64,000 nucleotides of DNA from positions 1 through 64,000 of the forward strand of contig JBEKTZ010000012.1 of the NCBI GenBank assembly GCA_049515535.1, read 5' to 3'. A program made the translations under genes and the position numbers. Numbering within the stretch: position 1 is the first letter of the stretch; every line of letters starts with the position of its first letter. This document shows positions 39,000-48,754 of this stretch, in pieces. Under the pieces are notes generated by a model. The model ran no database searches, had not been told where the DNA came from, and saw nothing but the letters and a program-made list of their open reading frames with translations. The DNA comes from Candidatus Aminicenantales bacterium (GTDB taxonomy: Bacteria > Acidobacteriota > Aminicenantia > Aminicenantales > UBA4085).

Positions 39000-40607
39000 T
39001 TACATTCGGAAGATTCCAACCTTGAAATCCGGAATGGGCGCGTTCAGGCTCATGGCGATCCCGAGCGCCAAGGCCTGCCGCGTCTCAAGGGGGTCGAGGA
39101 GACCGTCGTCCCATAGCCTGGCCGTGCTGAAATACGGGCTGGCCTCAGCCTCGTATGTGGCCAGGATAGGCTTGATCATTTTTTCCCTCTCTTCCTCGGT
39201 CATTTTGACGCCCTGCTCCTGAAGCCTCTTGATTTTCACGAAGACCAGGACATTGGCCGCCTGCTCACCGCCCATGACGCTGATTCGCGCGTTGGGCCAC
39301 ATCCAGAGCAGGCGCGGGTCGTAGGCCCGGCCGCACATGGCATAATTGCCGGCGCCGTAAGAGCCGCCGACGATGACCGTGAATTTGGGCACGTCGGCGT
39401 TGGCCACGGCATGGACAAGTTTCGCCCCGTCCCTGGCGATGCCGCGATGCTCGTACTGCTTGCCGACAATAAAGCCGGTAATGTTCTGGAGAAAAACGAG
39501 CGGGATTTTGCGCATGGCACAGAGGGTGATGAAATGCGCGCCCTTGAGCGAGCTTTCAGAGAAAAGCACGCCGTTGTTGGCCACGATGCCCACGGGATAG
39601 CCCATAATGCGGGCGAACCCGCAGACCAGCGTCTGGGCGTAGAGCTCCTTGAACTCCTGGAAACGGCTTCCGTCCACGATCCGGGCGATGAGCTCTTTGA
39701 TATCAAAAGCCTTCCGTAAATCCCTCGGCACGATGCCGTACATCTCCGCAGGATCATAATCCGGCTCCTCAGGTTTGGCCGTATCCAGATCGAACCGGCG
39801 CGGCGGGGCGAGCGTCTCGACGATATTCCGGGCGATTTCGAGCGCGTGCTCATCGTTCAAGGCGTAATAGTCCGAAACGCCGGAGATGCGGCAGTGGACG
39901 TCGGCGCCGCCCAGGTCCTCATCCGAAACCTCCTCGCCCGTGGCCGCTTTGACCAACGGCGGACCACCGATGAAAATCGTCCCCTGACGGCGGACGATGA
40001 CCGTCTCGTCGCTCATCGCCGGGACATAGGCGCCGCCGGCCGTGCACGATCCCATGACAATCGAAATTTGCGGGATGCCGAGCGCCGAAAGGCGGGCCTG
40101 GTTATAGAAGATCCGTCCGAAATGCTCCTTGTCGGGGAACGTCCCCGCCTGATGGGGGAGAAAGATCCCGCCGGAATCGACCAGGTAGATGCAAGGCAGC
40201 CTGTTTTCGAGAGCCACCTCTTGGGCGCGGAGGTGCTTCTTGATGGTCATCGGGAAATAAGTGCCGCCTTTCACCGTGGCATCGTTGGCCACGACAAGCA
40301 CTTCGCGGCCGTGTACGACGCCGACGCCGGTGACCATACTCGCCCCGGGAGCTTCGTCTTCGTACATGCCGTTGGCGGCCAGGGCACTGAGCTCCAGGAA
40401 CGGCGTGTTGCGATCGAAAAGCTTATCCACTCGCTCCCGGACGAGAAGCTTGCCGCGGGATTTGTGAAGTTCGCGGGACTTGGCCGGCCCTCCCGCCTGA
40501 ACCTTGGCCAGGCGCTCCTTGTACTCGGCCACGACTTTCGTCATATGCTCGAGATTCTGCCTGTAATCCAAGCTTTGGATATCGACTTTGGATTCGATTC
40601 TGAACAT
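39000..40607 (-). CDS. liuB: 3-methylcrotonyl-CoA carboxylase carboxyltransferase (beta) subunit
   Basis: [60 protein letters not shown]. Confidence 0.9.
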   Translation of the reverse strand: MFRIESKVDIQSLDYRQNLEHMTKVVAEYKERLAKVQAGGPAKSRELHKSRGKLLVRERVDKLFDRNTPFLELSALAANGMYEDEAPGASMVTGVGVVHGREVLVVANDATVKGGTYFPMTIKKHLRAQEVALENRLPCIYLVDSGGIFLPHQAGTFPDKEHFGRIFYNQARLSALGIPQISIVMGSCTAGGAYVPAMSDETVIVRRQGTIFIGGPPLVKAATGEEVSDEDLGGADVHCRISGVSDYYALNDEHALEIARNIVETLAPPRRFDLDTAKPEEPDYDPAEMYGIVPRDLRKAFDIKELIARIVDGSRFQEFKELYAQTLVCGFARIMGYPVGIVANNGVLFSESSLKGAHFITLCAMRKIPLVFLQNITGFIVGKQYEHRGIARDGAKLVHAVANADVPKFTVIVGGSYGAGNYAMCGRAYDPRLLWMWPNARISVMGGEQAANVLVFVKIKRLQEQGVKMTEEEREKMIKPILATYEAEASPYFSTARLWDDGLLDPLETRQALALGIAMSLNAPIPDFKVGIFRM

Positions 40608-40635
40608 TACCCGTTCCTTCGCTCGGCGACGGCGT

Positions 40636-41028
40636 TTATTCTTGTACGAATTTATAGCCGTAGTAGATGACGCCGGCTTCCCCTTCCTCGTAAATCTTCC
40701 GGAATTCAATCTTGACCCGGATCCCGATCTTCAAATCCTCGAATTTGCAGTCGACGATCTGGGCCGTCAGCTTCACGCCGTCATCCATCTCGGCGATACC
40801 GACGGCGTACGGGACCTGGTCGACATACTGATGCGGGGCAACACGAATGATCGTGTAGGTGAGAATTTTTCCGGACTCCGCGAGCTTCGTCTTCGTGAAT
40901 TCCCGGCCGCCGCACTGCGGACAAACCAGGCGGGGTGGGAAACAGACGTACCCGCAGTTCGTGCATTTTCCGGCTTCAAGCCGGTACCTCTGAGGAATTT
41001 CTCGCCAGTATCTCGATGGTGTCGGCAT
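40636..41028 (-). CDS. DUF35 Zn-ribbon/OB-fold protein (thiolase-HMGS scaffold)
   Basis: CTNCG..FPPR..CPQCG; G.I.TYT; FRKI.....G.I.YGYKF. Confidence 0.9.
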   Translation of the reverse strand: MPTPSRYWREIPQRYRLEAGKCTNCGYVCFPPRLVCPQCGGREFTKTKLAESGKILTYTIIRVAPHQYVDQVPYAVGIAEMDDGVKLTAQIVDCKFEDLKIGIRVKIEFRKIYEEGEAGVIYYGYKFVQE

Positions 41029-41040
41029 CTTGTCCTCCTC

Positions 41041-42195
41041 TCACTCCGCCTCAAAGATGTGGACGACCGAGCTCCCCCCCGTGCCACCCATGTTCTGGGT
41101 CAGGCCGAGTTTCGCGCCCCTGACCTGCCTCGTCCCCGCTTCGCCGCGGAGCTGCTTGACGACCTCGACGGCCTGGGCCACGCCGGTCGCGCCGACCGGA
41201 TGGCCCTTGGCTTTCAAACCGCCGCTGGGATTGACCGGGAATTTTCCCCGGAGCGATGTCAGTCCTTCCTCGACGGCCTTTCCTCCCCGTCCCTTCTCGA
41301 CGAGGCCCAGCGCCTCCGTGATCATGATTTCGGCAATCGTGAAACAGTCGTGGACTTCGAAGAGGTCGAGATCCTCGATTTTCCGGCCGGCCATCGCCAG
41401 GGCCTTTTGGGCGGCGATGTGGGTGGATTCAATCCAGGTGAGGTCCTTTCTCGAACTGAGGGCGATGGTGTCCGTGGCCTGGCCGGTTCCCGCGATTCTC
41501 ACCGCGGCTTTTTTCATTCGTTTGGCCAGGTCCGAGGGGCAGAGGATGACGGCCGCCGCTCCGTCCGTGATGGGAGAGCAATCCAGGATCCGCAGCGGGT
41601 CGGCGACGAGAACGGAGCACAAAACTCCTTCCACGGTGATTTTAAAAGGGAATTGGGCCAGAGGGTTCTTCGAGCCGTTGTCGTGGTTCTTGACGGCCAC
41701 CATGGCCAACTGCTCCCGCGTCGTGCCGTATTTCGCCATGTGGGCATGGGCCATCATGGCATAGAGCCCCGGAAACGTCAGACCGTGAAAGCCTTCATAT
41801 TCCTGGTCGGCCGCCGTGCCCAGGGCGTAGGTGGCTTCGTGACCGTTGACGTCGGTCATCTTTTCGACGCCGCCGACGAGCACGATATCGCTCATCCCCG
41901 AGGCTACATCGATGAATCCCTGCCGGAGGGCCAGACCTCCCGACGAGCAGGCGGACTCCACTCGCACCGTCGGAACGGGAGTCCTGCCGAGATAGTCGGG
42001 CAAGAGGGATGCCAAATGCTCCTGGCCGATGAAAAGACCCGAAGACATGCAGCCGACATACATCGAGTCAATCCGGTCCACGCCGGCGTCTTCGATCGCC
42101 AGGAGGGCCGTCTCCACAAAGATATCCCTCAGGGATTTCTCCCAGAGCTCGCCCCATTTGGTCATGCCGATACCGATGACAGCAACGTCTCTCAT
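41041..42195 (-). CDS. Archaeal-type acetoacetyl-CoA thiolase
   Basis: [35 protein letters not shown]. Confidence 0.9.
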   Translation of the reverse strand: MRDVAVIGIGMTKWGELWEKSLRDIFVETALLAIEDAGVDRIDSMYVGCMSSGLFIGQEHLASLLPDYLGRTPVPTVRVESACSSGGLALRQGFIDVASGMSDIVLVGGVEKMTDVNGHEATYALGTAADQEYEGFHGLTFPGLYAMMAHAHMAKYGTTREQLAMVAVKNHDNGSKNPLAQFPFKITVEGVLCSVLVADPLRILDCSPITDGAAAVILCPSDLAKRMKKAAVRIAGTGQATDTIALSSRKDLTWIESTHIAAQKALAMAGRKIEDLDLFEVHDCFTIAEIMITEALGLVEKGRGGKAVEEGLTSLRGKFPVNPSGGLKAKGHPVGATGVAQAVEVVKQLRGEAGTRQVRGAKLGLTQNMGGTGGSSVVHIFEAE

Positions 42196-42204
42196 CGCCG
42201 CCTC

Positions 42205-43251
42205 CTATTCTGCCTTCCGGATTTTACGGCGGTATTTGGCATAAACGCCATACTCCAGGTAAATCTTTCCGGTGTCCAGAAGGTGTCTTGTCGTGGGAGC
42301 CAAATTTCTCACTTCATCAATCCGCTTCGTCACCCTGAAGATAAAGGCATCGCTTCCGGCTCCCGACCCGTAGGAGACGAGCAGGATCATGTCTCCGGGT
42401 TTGGAGACATCCAGCGTCGCTGTCAGGCCGAGCGGGGATGATCCGGAGTACGTATTCCCCAATTTGGAAACCAGCCAGCCCGGCTCGATCTGTTTTTTTT
42501 CAAATCCCAGCATTTCCCCCACCCGGAACGGAAATTTGCCGTTGGGCTGGTGGAAAATCACGTATTGGAAATCGGAAGGCTTCATCTTGGCTTTGGCCAT
42601 GATGCCCTCGGCCGCGCCCCTGATGTGCTTGAAGTAGGCGGGGTCGCCCGTGAACCGGCCGCCGTGTTGCGGATAATACTGGTACTCGCGGCGCCAGAAA
42701 TCCGGTGTGTCCGTAGTGAAGGAAAAAGTATCGAGCGCCTCGGCGACGATGGGGTCCTTGCCGAAAATGAAAGCGGCGGCGCCGGCCGCGGCCGAATATT
42801 CGAGCGCGTCGCCGGGTGCGCCCTGCGACGTGTCGGCTCCGACGGCCAGGCCGAATCTGACTGCGCCCGCTTGAACCAGGTTCAGGGCCACGAACATCGC
42901 CTCGGTCCCGGCCTTGCAGGCGAATTCGAAGTCCGCCGTGTGGACTTCGGGTGTGGCGTTGAGCGCTTCCGCGAGCACCGTACCGCTCGGTTTCACGGCA
43001 TAGGGATGGGATTCCGAGCCGACATAAACGGCGCCGATCTCCTTGGGGTTGATACCCGCCCTTTTCAAGGCGCGCTTCGAAGCCTCCACCGCCATGGTGA
43101 TCGTATCCTGATCGGGAGAGGGCACGGATTTCTCTTCGAGCATGAGCCCCTTTTTATAGCTCGGCGCATCCGCCCCCCAGACTTTGGCGATCTCCTCGAC
43201 TTTGATCCGGTTTCGCGGGATGTAAGCCCCGTAGCCGATGATTCCAGCCAT
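42205..43251 (-). CDS. Archaeal-type hydroxymethylglutaryl-CoA synthase
   Basis: GSESHPYAVKP, EFACKAGT (catalytic Cys), DTPDFWRR, FTGDPAYFKH, FHQPNGKFP, GNTYSG. Confidence 0.92.
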   Translation of the reverse strand: MAGIIGYGAYIPRNRIKVEEIAKVWGADAPSYKKGLMLEEKSVPSPDQDTITMAVEASKRALKRAGINPKEIGAVYVGSESHPYAVKPSGTVLAEALNATPEVHTADFEFACKAGTEAMFVALNLVQAGAVRFGLAVGADTSQGAPGDALEYSAAAGAAAFIFGKDPIVAEALDTFSFTTDTPDFWRREYQYYPQHGGRFTGDPAYFKHIRGAAEGIMAKAKMKPSDFQYVIFHQPNGKFPFRVGEMLGFEKKQIEPGWLVSKLGNTYSGSSPLGLTATLDVSKPGDMILLVSYGSGAGSDAFIFRVTKRIDEVRNLAPTTRHLLDTGKIYLEYGVYAKYRRKIRKAE

Positions 43252-43572
43252 TGATTAGGCCTCCTTTCGCGGACGAAACGGATTTTCGCGCAGACAAATT
43301 TTGAGGGCGTCAACCAGCGGATAAAAAGAATCTTCTTTGAATATCAAATTAAGAAAATATCCTTCCATAACTTGAACCTGAAGTCAAGTTTTCTCCGGAA
43401 AGGCTCCCCGGGGGAAAATCCCAGCTTTCATCGGATTGATTTCAGGGTGAAGTTGATATAGATTATGGCGATAAGCGGGATCGGAGAGGGAGAACGGATA
43501 TGGTTTTGCTGCATCTCAGGCGGCATGATTCGCGTATTATCAACCGTGCGGATTTGGTCGAGGAGTGGTTTC

Positions 43573-44538
43573 ATGACCGGAAAAATGATTGACCTTCAGG
43601 CCGCGGCCGCTTTGGTTCCCCATGGGGCAACGATTTCCTTCGGCGGTTTCACGACCCAGCGCCATCCCATGGCCTTTGTCTATGAACTGATCCGCTTGAA
43701 AAGACGCCGTCTCTATCTGTTTGGACATTCACCCGGCGGGGATTGGGATATTCTCATCGGGGCGGGTTGCGTGAAGCGGGTCGAACTCGCCTACGAAGCG
43801 GATGAGGCTTTCAACACGGTCGGGCCACGCTGGAGGCAGGCCGTGGAACGGGGCGAAATCGAGTGGGAGGATTACAGCAACTTCACGATGGTGGCCCGCT
43901 TCACCGCCGGCGCCATGGGAATTCCCTTTATGCCCGTTCGCAGCCTGCTCGGCAGCGACGTGCTGGGCAAAGAGGCCCTTGGGCCTGAGCGGAGGAAAGC
44001 CGATCCGCGCACCTCGACAAAAAAACTGCATGTGATGGCCTCGCCCTTCGATCCTCGGGAGCAGGTCGTGTTGGTTCCGGCGATCCATACCGATTTCGCC
44101 GTGCTGCATGTCCAGAAAGCGGCGGCCAACGGCATGGTGCGGATCGAGGGTCAGTCTTTCGCCGATATTCAGCAGGCCCTATGCGCCGATACCGTGATCG
44201 TGACCGCCGAGGAGATCGTTGATGAGGACGCGCTGCGCCGCGAACCGGAACGCAACCCGATCCCCTTCTTCGCCGTGAAACATGTCTGCCATGTTCCCTT
44301 CGGGGCCCATCCTTATGCCGTGTACAACTATTATGATTATGACCCGCTCCAATTGAAAGAGTACCATGAAGGCGGACGCGATGACGCAGCTTTCCAGGGT
44401 TACCTGGAAAAGTATGTGAACGGTGTCAAAAATCACGAGGAGTACCTGGAAGCGGTTGGCGGCCAAGAGCGGTTGGAAACACTGAAAGCGTCGCCGGCCT
44501 ATGGTTATAGCCCGAACCTGAAGCGGAGGAGATTGTAG
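43573..44538 (+). CDS. CoA-transferase subunit A (GctA/3-oxoacid type)
   Basis: FGGF...RHPMA, AGAMGIPFMP.RSLLGSD, HVQKA..NG, VTAEEIV, PFGAHP. Confidence 0.88.
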   Translation: MTGKMIDLQAAAALVPHGATISFGGFTTQRHPMAFVYELIRLKRRRLYLFGHSPGGDWDILIGAGCVKRVELAYEADEAFNTVGPRWRQAVERGEIEWEDYSNFTMVARFTAGAMGIPFMPVRSLLGSDVLGKEALGPERRKADPRTSTKKLHVMASPFDPREQVVLVPAIHTDFAVLHVQKAAANGMVRIEGQSFADIQQALCADTVIVTAEEIVDEDALRREPERNPIPFFAVKHVCHVPFGAHPYAVYNYYDYDPLQLKEYHEGGRDDAAFQGYLEKYVNGVKNHEEYLEAVGGQERLETLKASPAYGYSPNLKRRRL

Positions 44539-44540
44539 CC

Positions 44541-45311
44541 ATGGCCATCCCTGAATATACCTTGACGGAACTGATGGCGGTCGTGGCCGCCCGCGAGATC
44601 ACGGATGGCGAGGTGGTTTTCGCCGGCACCGGGTTGCCCATGCTCGGCGTGATGCTGGCCCAGCGCACCCACGCTCCCCATGGCATTATCATCTTTGAAG
44701 CAGGGACGATGGCCAGCCGACTCGCCCACGTTCCGATGTCGGTCGGGGATCCGCGCGTGATGCGCGGGGCGGCCACCGCCGCCGGACTCCTCGAGGTCTT
44801 CACCTACGTCCTGCAGGCAGGACGGGTCGACGTCGGCTTTTTAAGCGGGGCTCAAGTGGATCGCTTCGGAAACATCAACAGCACTTCGATTGGATCCGAC
44901 CATCGCCATCCGGCCGTGCGGTTCTCCGGAAGCGGCGGCGCTTGTGACATCGCCTGCCTCGCCCAGAGAACCATCGTCATTGCCAAACACGAAAAACGCC
45001 GCTTCCCGGAGAAAGTGGATTACATCACCAGCCCCGGATGGCTTGAAGGCGGGAACAGCCGGCTAATGTCCGGCCTTGTCCGAGGCGGGCCGAGCGTCGT
45101 GGTCACCACCTTGGGCGTGATGCGCTTCCGTCCGGATACGAAAGCCATCTATCTGGCCGGTTTCCACCCGGGCGTGACTCCTCAGGCCGTCGCCGAGGCG
45201 ACCGGTTTCAACCTGGATATCAAGGACGCCGTTGAGACAGCGCCGCCGACCCGGAAAGAATTGCGCATCCTCCGTGAGGAAGTGGACCCGGAGAGGATCT
45301 TTTTGAGATAG
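44541..45311 (+). CDS. CoA-transferase subunit B (GctB type)
   Basis: FAGTGLP; IIFEAG (catalytic Glu retained); AQVDRFGNINST; GSGGACD. Confidence 0.88.
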   Translation: MAIPEYTLTELMAVVAAREITDGEVVFAGTGLPMLGVMLAQRTHAPHGIIIFEAGTMASRLAHVPMSVGDPRVMRGAATAAGLLEVFTYVLQAGRVDVGFLSGAQVDRFGNINSTSIGSDHRHPAVRFSGSGGACDIACLAQRTIVIAKHEKRRFPEKVDYITSPGWLEGGNSRLMSGLVRGGPSVVVTTLGVMRFRPDTKAIYLAGFHPGVTPQAVAEATGFNLDIKDAVETAPPTRKELRILREEVDPERIFLR

Positions 45312-45352
45312 AGCCGGCCGCTCCCGCCGAATGGAAATGAGGCCGGTGAAGA

Positions 45353-46777
45353 CTAGGCGTCCAGCTTGATGTTTCCTTTGTACATGATTACTCCCCGCGG
45401 CGTTTGGCCCAAGCAAGAACCGATGGGCTTCGTAAACAGAGAGTCGTCATAGATGGCCTTAAGGTACCGATCGCGATACCGGGGATGGGCAATGCTGGCG
45501 ATGGCAAGCGCTTTCTCACCGGCGGTGAGTCCCCGAAGGTCGGCAATACCGTATTCACTCACAATGACCACTCCATCATAGGCGGAGGCCGTTAAACTCA
45601 CGCCGGGAGGATGGACCCTGACGATTTTGGAATGACCTCTATCGGTCAGGCTTCGAAAGGCGATGATGGGGACGCCGTAGGCGGGATTATTCAGGGCGCG
45701 GACAAAATCCGGCTGACCGCCGACGCCGCTGTAATATCGACGAGCATCAATATAATCGGCCCAGACATTGCCGAAGAGATCGACTCCCATGGCCGTATTG
45801 ATGGAGACGAAGGGACTGTTCCTCCGGATGACTTCGGCCGAGTTGGTGACGGTGCAGGGACGCATCTGGATTCCCGCGCGCATATGCACGAATTCATACA
45901 GTTCCGTCGAGCCCATGATGAGGGAGGTTGTGCTGTATCCCATATCTTGCTTTTTCTTTCGATTCGTCACGATGTCGGCCTTCTGCAGATGCATCAGACC
46001 ATCCCCATAAAGCTCCGTCTGGATGCCGAGGTCTTTATAATTCGCCCCTTTGATGGTCCCCACCACGGCGTCCGGGATTTGCCCGATGCCTACCTGCAAA
46101 GTCACTCCATCGCGAATAAAATGTTCCGTGATCAATTCGCCGATTCGACGCTCTTCAGGAGAAAGGTTGTCAAAATCAGGTCCGGGGGTCACGTAGACGC
46201 ATTTCACGTCGTCGTCGTCAATGAGGTAATCAATGGATTGGGGGCCGACGATGCTTTGACCTTGAGTGAAAGGCATGCTGAAATCCAGCTCAGCAATAAC
46301 GCATTTGGCCTGATCGATGGCCGTATGCAGGGCCTCAACGGACAATCCCAGACTGAATTCCTTCGTGATTTCATGGGGACGGACTTTGAAGAGGACAATG
46401 TCCGGCTCATACTCCCGATCTTTGCCGATCAGACTGTCAAGATTGGACAGCGTGCACGGCAAATAAAAAGCCCGTCCCTCGTTGGCAGCTTTGCGCACGT
46501 CGCCCGTGGAAAAAATGGAATAGGTCATAATGCGATCCTGGAGTCCTTTTTCCACGTAAGGCACGGGCCCCTGGAGCAGGAGATGGACCATCCTGATGAA
46601 AGGCAATCTGGGGCTTCCGGCCTTGATGGCGGCCGTCAGGGATTCCAGCGAAGCCGTCGGCGTCGCGGCATTGGATCCGACATAACAGGTGATCATGTCT
46701 TTATGCCTGAATTCCTTGGCGATGACATCCGCCAACTGACTGAGTTGGATGACCGGGGGTTGATAAGCCATCCTCAT
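45353..46777 (-). CDS. Acetyl-CoA hydrolase/4-hydroxybutyrate CoA-transferase family protein
   Basis: TLQVGIGQIPDAV, LGIQTE, SINTA..VDL.G, SGVGGQPDF, VSEYGIADLRG, IAHP.YR. Confidence 0.88.
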   Translation of the reverse strand: MRMAYQPPVIQLSQLADVIAKEFRHKDMITCYVGSNAATPTASLESLTAAIKAGSPRLPFIRMVHLLLQGPVPYVEKGLQDRIMTYSIFSTGDVRKAANEGRAFYLPCTLSNLDSLIGKDREYEPDIVLFKVRPHEITKEFSLGLSVEALHTAIDQAKCVIAELDFSMPFTQGQSIVGPQSIDYLIDDDDVKCVYVTPGPDFDNLSPEERRIGELITEHFIRDGVTLQVGIGQIPDAVVGTIKGANYKDLGIQTELYGDGLMHLQKADIVTNRKKKQDMGYSTTSLIMGSTELYEFVHMRAGIQMRPCTVTNSAEVIRRNSPFVSINTAMGVDLFGNVWADYIDARRYYSGVGGQPDFVRALNNPAYGVPIIAFRSLTDRGHSKIVRVHPPGVSLTASAYDGVVIVSEYGIADLRGLTAGEKALAIASIAHPRYRDRYLKAIYDDSLFTKPIGSCLGQTPRGVIMYKGNIKLDA

Positions 46778-46967
46778 CCTCCTGAGATTTTAATATGGGT
46801 TGAATTCATCGAATAACAAATAGAAAATACAGAATTTCCTATCAACATGCAAGCCCATGACCGAGATCGGTTCTTTTCCATAGGGCGACGGTCTTCATCG
46901 GCAGCCTCGACCGGGCACCGAAGATGTGCTAAAATCCCGTGAGAGAAAACGGAGAAAAAAACAGTTG

Positions 46968-47801
46968 ATGACCTTCGGCCGATTCAAGATTTCCGTTTAT
47001 AACCACGGCTTCTTCCGACTGGACGGGGGGGCGATGTTCGGGACGGTTCCCAAAAACATCTGGTCGCGCCGGATTCCCCCGGATGATGAAAACCGCATCC
47101 GGCTCGCCACCCGGTCGCTGCTCATTGATACCGGCGAGAGACTATTCATGGCCGATGTCGGCAACGGCGATAAATGGCCGGATAAACTCCGCCGGATATA
47201 CGCCTTCCAAAATTTCTCCGATCGGGAAACCGGTTTCGATTCCGAGGCCGTCACGGATATTGTTTTGACCCACCTTCATTTTGATCATGCGGGCGGGATT
47301 TCTCGATATCAACCGGGAAGCCTGACGGACCTGGAGCTCTGTTATCCTCGAGCCCGGATTTATCTCCAAACCGATAATTATGAAAACGCCAAAAATCCCA
47401 ACCCGCGCGAGCGCGCCAGTTATTTGGAGGAGAATGTTTTGGTCCTAGAACGGGCCAAACTCGTATTGACGCACGGCTCCCAGGAGATTGAGCCCGGTAT
47501 TTGGGTGCATCAAGTCAACGGTCATACCCGCGGCCATCAATGGCTTGAAGTTAAAAACGGCGCCGAGTCCATCGTCTTTCCCGCCGATCTTGTCCCGACC
47601 TCTCATCATCTCCCGCTCCCGTTTTCGATGGGTTACGATATCTCGGCCGGGACGCTGCTCGAGGAGAAAGAGGATTTTTTGAGCCGGGCGGTCGCCCATC
47701 ATTGGATCGTTGTCTTCGAACACGATCCGGACATCCCCGCGGCCCGCGTGAAAATGGATGAGAAGGGCCAATACGTCCTGCAGGAAGTCGTTGCGCTTTG
47801 A
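46968..47801 (+). CDS. MBL-fold metallo-hydrolase (YtnP-like)
   Basis: LDGGAMFG.VPK, THLHFDHAGG, GHTRGH, ADL.P, FEHDP. Confidence 0.9.
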   Translation: MTFGRFKISVYNHGFFRLDGGAMFGTVPKNIWSRRIPPDDENRIRLATRSLLIDTGERLFMADVGNGDKWPDKLRRIYAFQNFSDRETGFDSEAVTDIVLTHLHFDHAGGISRYQPGSLTDLELCYPRARIYLQTDNYENAKNPNPRERASYLEENVLVLERAKLVLTHGSQEIEPGIWVHQVNGHTRGHQWLEVKNGAESIVFPADLVPTSHHLPLPFSMGYDISAGTLLEEKEDFLSRAVAHHWIVVFEHDPDIPAARVKMDEKGQYVLQEVVAL

Positions 47802-47878
47802 GGGCTACCCGGCTTCCGTTTCATTCCAAAGATTGCTTTGACCTTGACGAGAGGAGAATCGTCTCCGATTGAAAACAA

Positions 47879-47980
47879 GTCAAGGGACGAGCCTTCGGCT
47901 CGCCACTCGCCCGTGGCTTATATCCACGGGCGAGTACGGCGGAAGTGGACCCCCGGGTAAAGCCCGGGGCCCCGGCCGCC
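47879..47980. mobile_element. 102-bp palindromic MITE-like element, family A
   Basis: Starts GTCAA; hairpins GAGCC-TTC-GGCTC, ACTCGCCCGTGG/CCACGGGCGAGT and CCCCGGG-TAAAG-CCCGGGG; followed by GTCGA. Confidence 0.85.
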
Positions 47981-48139
47981 GTCGAACGGCGGTCGATCCG
48001 CTCACCCCGTCGGAAGGCCCTGGTACTCCCCCCGCCTTCTTCAAACCTCTATCTTTCCCTCATTCTCCGTCCGAAGATCCCTCCCCAACAGGTTTCTCTT
48101 CTCACCCTGATGGCAGCGGTCGCGACGGCCGAGGAGGGA

Positions 48140-48520
48140 TAGGGATTTGCTTTTTCGCGCTCCGCGACATGCCTTCCTAAAAAGCTCGGAATCAATACCT
48201 CCCATCGCGTAAAGAGGATAATTCCGGCTGCGGATCGAAGTCAAGCCAAGGAGATGGCCGCGAAAGAGGCCGTCCGGCCGTATCATCGTCGCGAACGACC
48301 GGAAAATCGCCCTGAAGACGCAAGACCTCTCCCCCCTCATGAAATCGCTGACCTCAAAAATACTCCGCCGGCTCCTCGGCCGCCATGAGCGCAACCTGCT
48401 CGAAGACGCGCGACGGCGGCGGCTTCTCCGCTCCAAATGTCAGCTTGAGATGGTCGATGATCCGGTCCACGGCGGCATAATCCATGATGAAAGCGATGAC
48501 TTTCATCGTGCCCCCGCATT
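48140..48520 (-). mobile_element. IS91/ISCR-like remnant: transposase C-terminus, outward promoter and oriIS-like end
   Basis: Minus strand encodes KCGGTMKVIAFIMDYAAVDRIIDHLKLTF..KPPP..EEPAEYF* and ends AAAAAGCAAATCCCTA; direct repeat of 61436-61792. Confidence 0.8.
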
Positions 48521-48700
48521 TGGACCATCCCCATGGCCGCCCTCTGCGCCACCCTCGTCTATCAGGGGCTCAAGCTGCTTTGCTGGCGATCCCGACGCGG
48601 TCGGAGTTTCCTCCCGCTTGATGTCTCAATCATAACGGGCAGAGAGGTCTCCGCTGTCTCTCGATTTGTGGCCCTGACTCTGAGTCCCCAAAAAATGAAG

Positions 48701-48734
48701 ATGCGGAAGAGCCGCCGGCCCTTCCGCATTTTTT
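48701..48734. terminator. Probable intrinsic terminator downstream of gdhA
   Basis: ATGCGGAAG-N11-CTTCCGCAT stem with nearby A and T runs. Confidence 0.6.
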
Positions 48735-48754
48735 AGGTTAAGAAAAAAGTCGAA

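Noticed and set aside
43573..45311. CoA-transferase pair as the AibA/AibB methylglutaconyl-CoA decarboxylase
   Set aside because: Subunit B keeps the catalytic Glu (IIFEAG) of true CoA transferases, which AibB lacks; only the genomic context is suggestive.
47869..48736. Short ORFs over the repeat regions (also 15282-15703 and 61412-62182)
   Set aside because: They are translations of palindromic elements and IS remnants; only the transposase C-terminal frame is meaningful.
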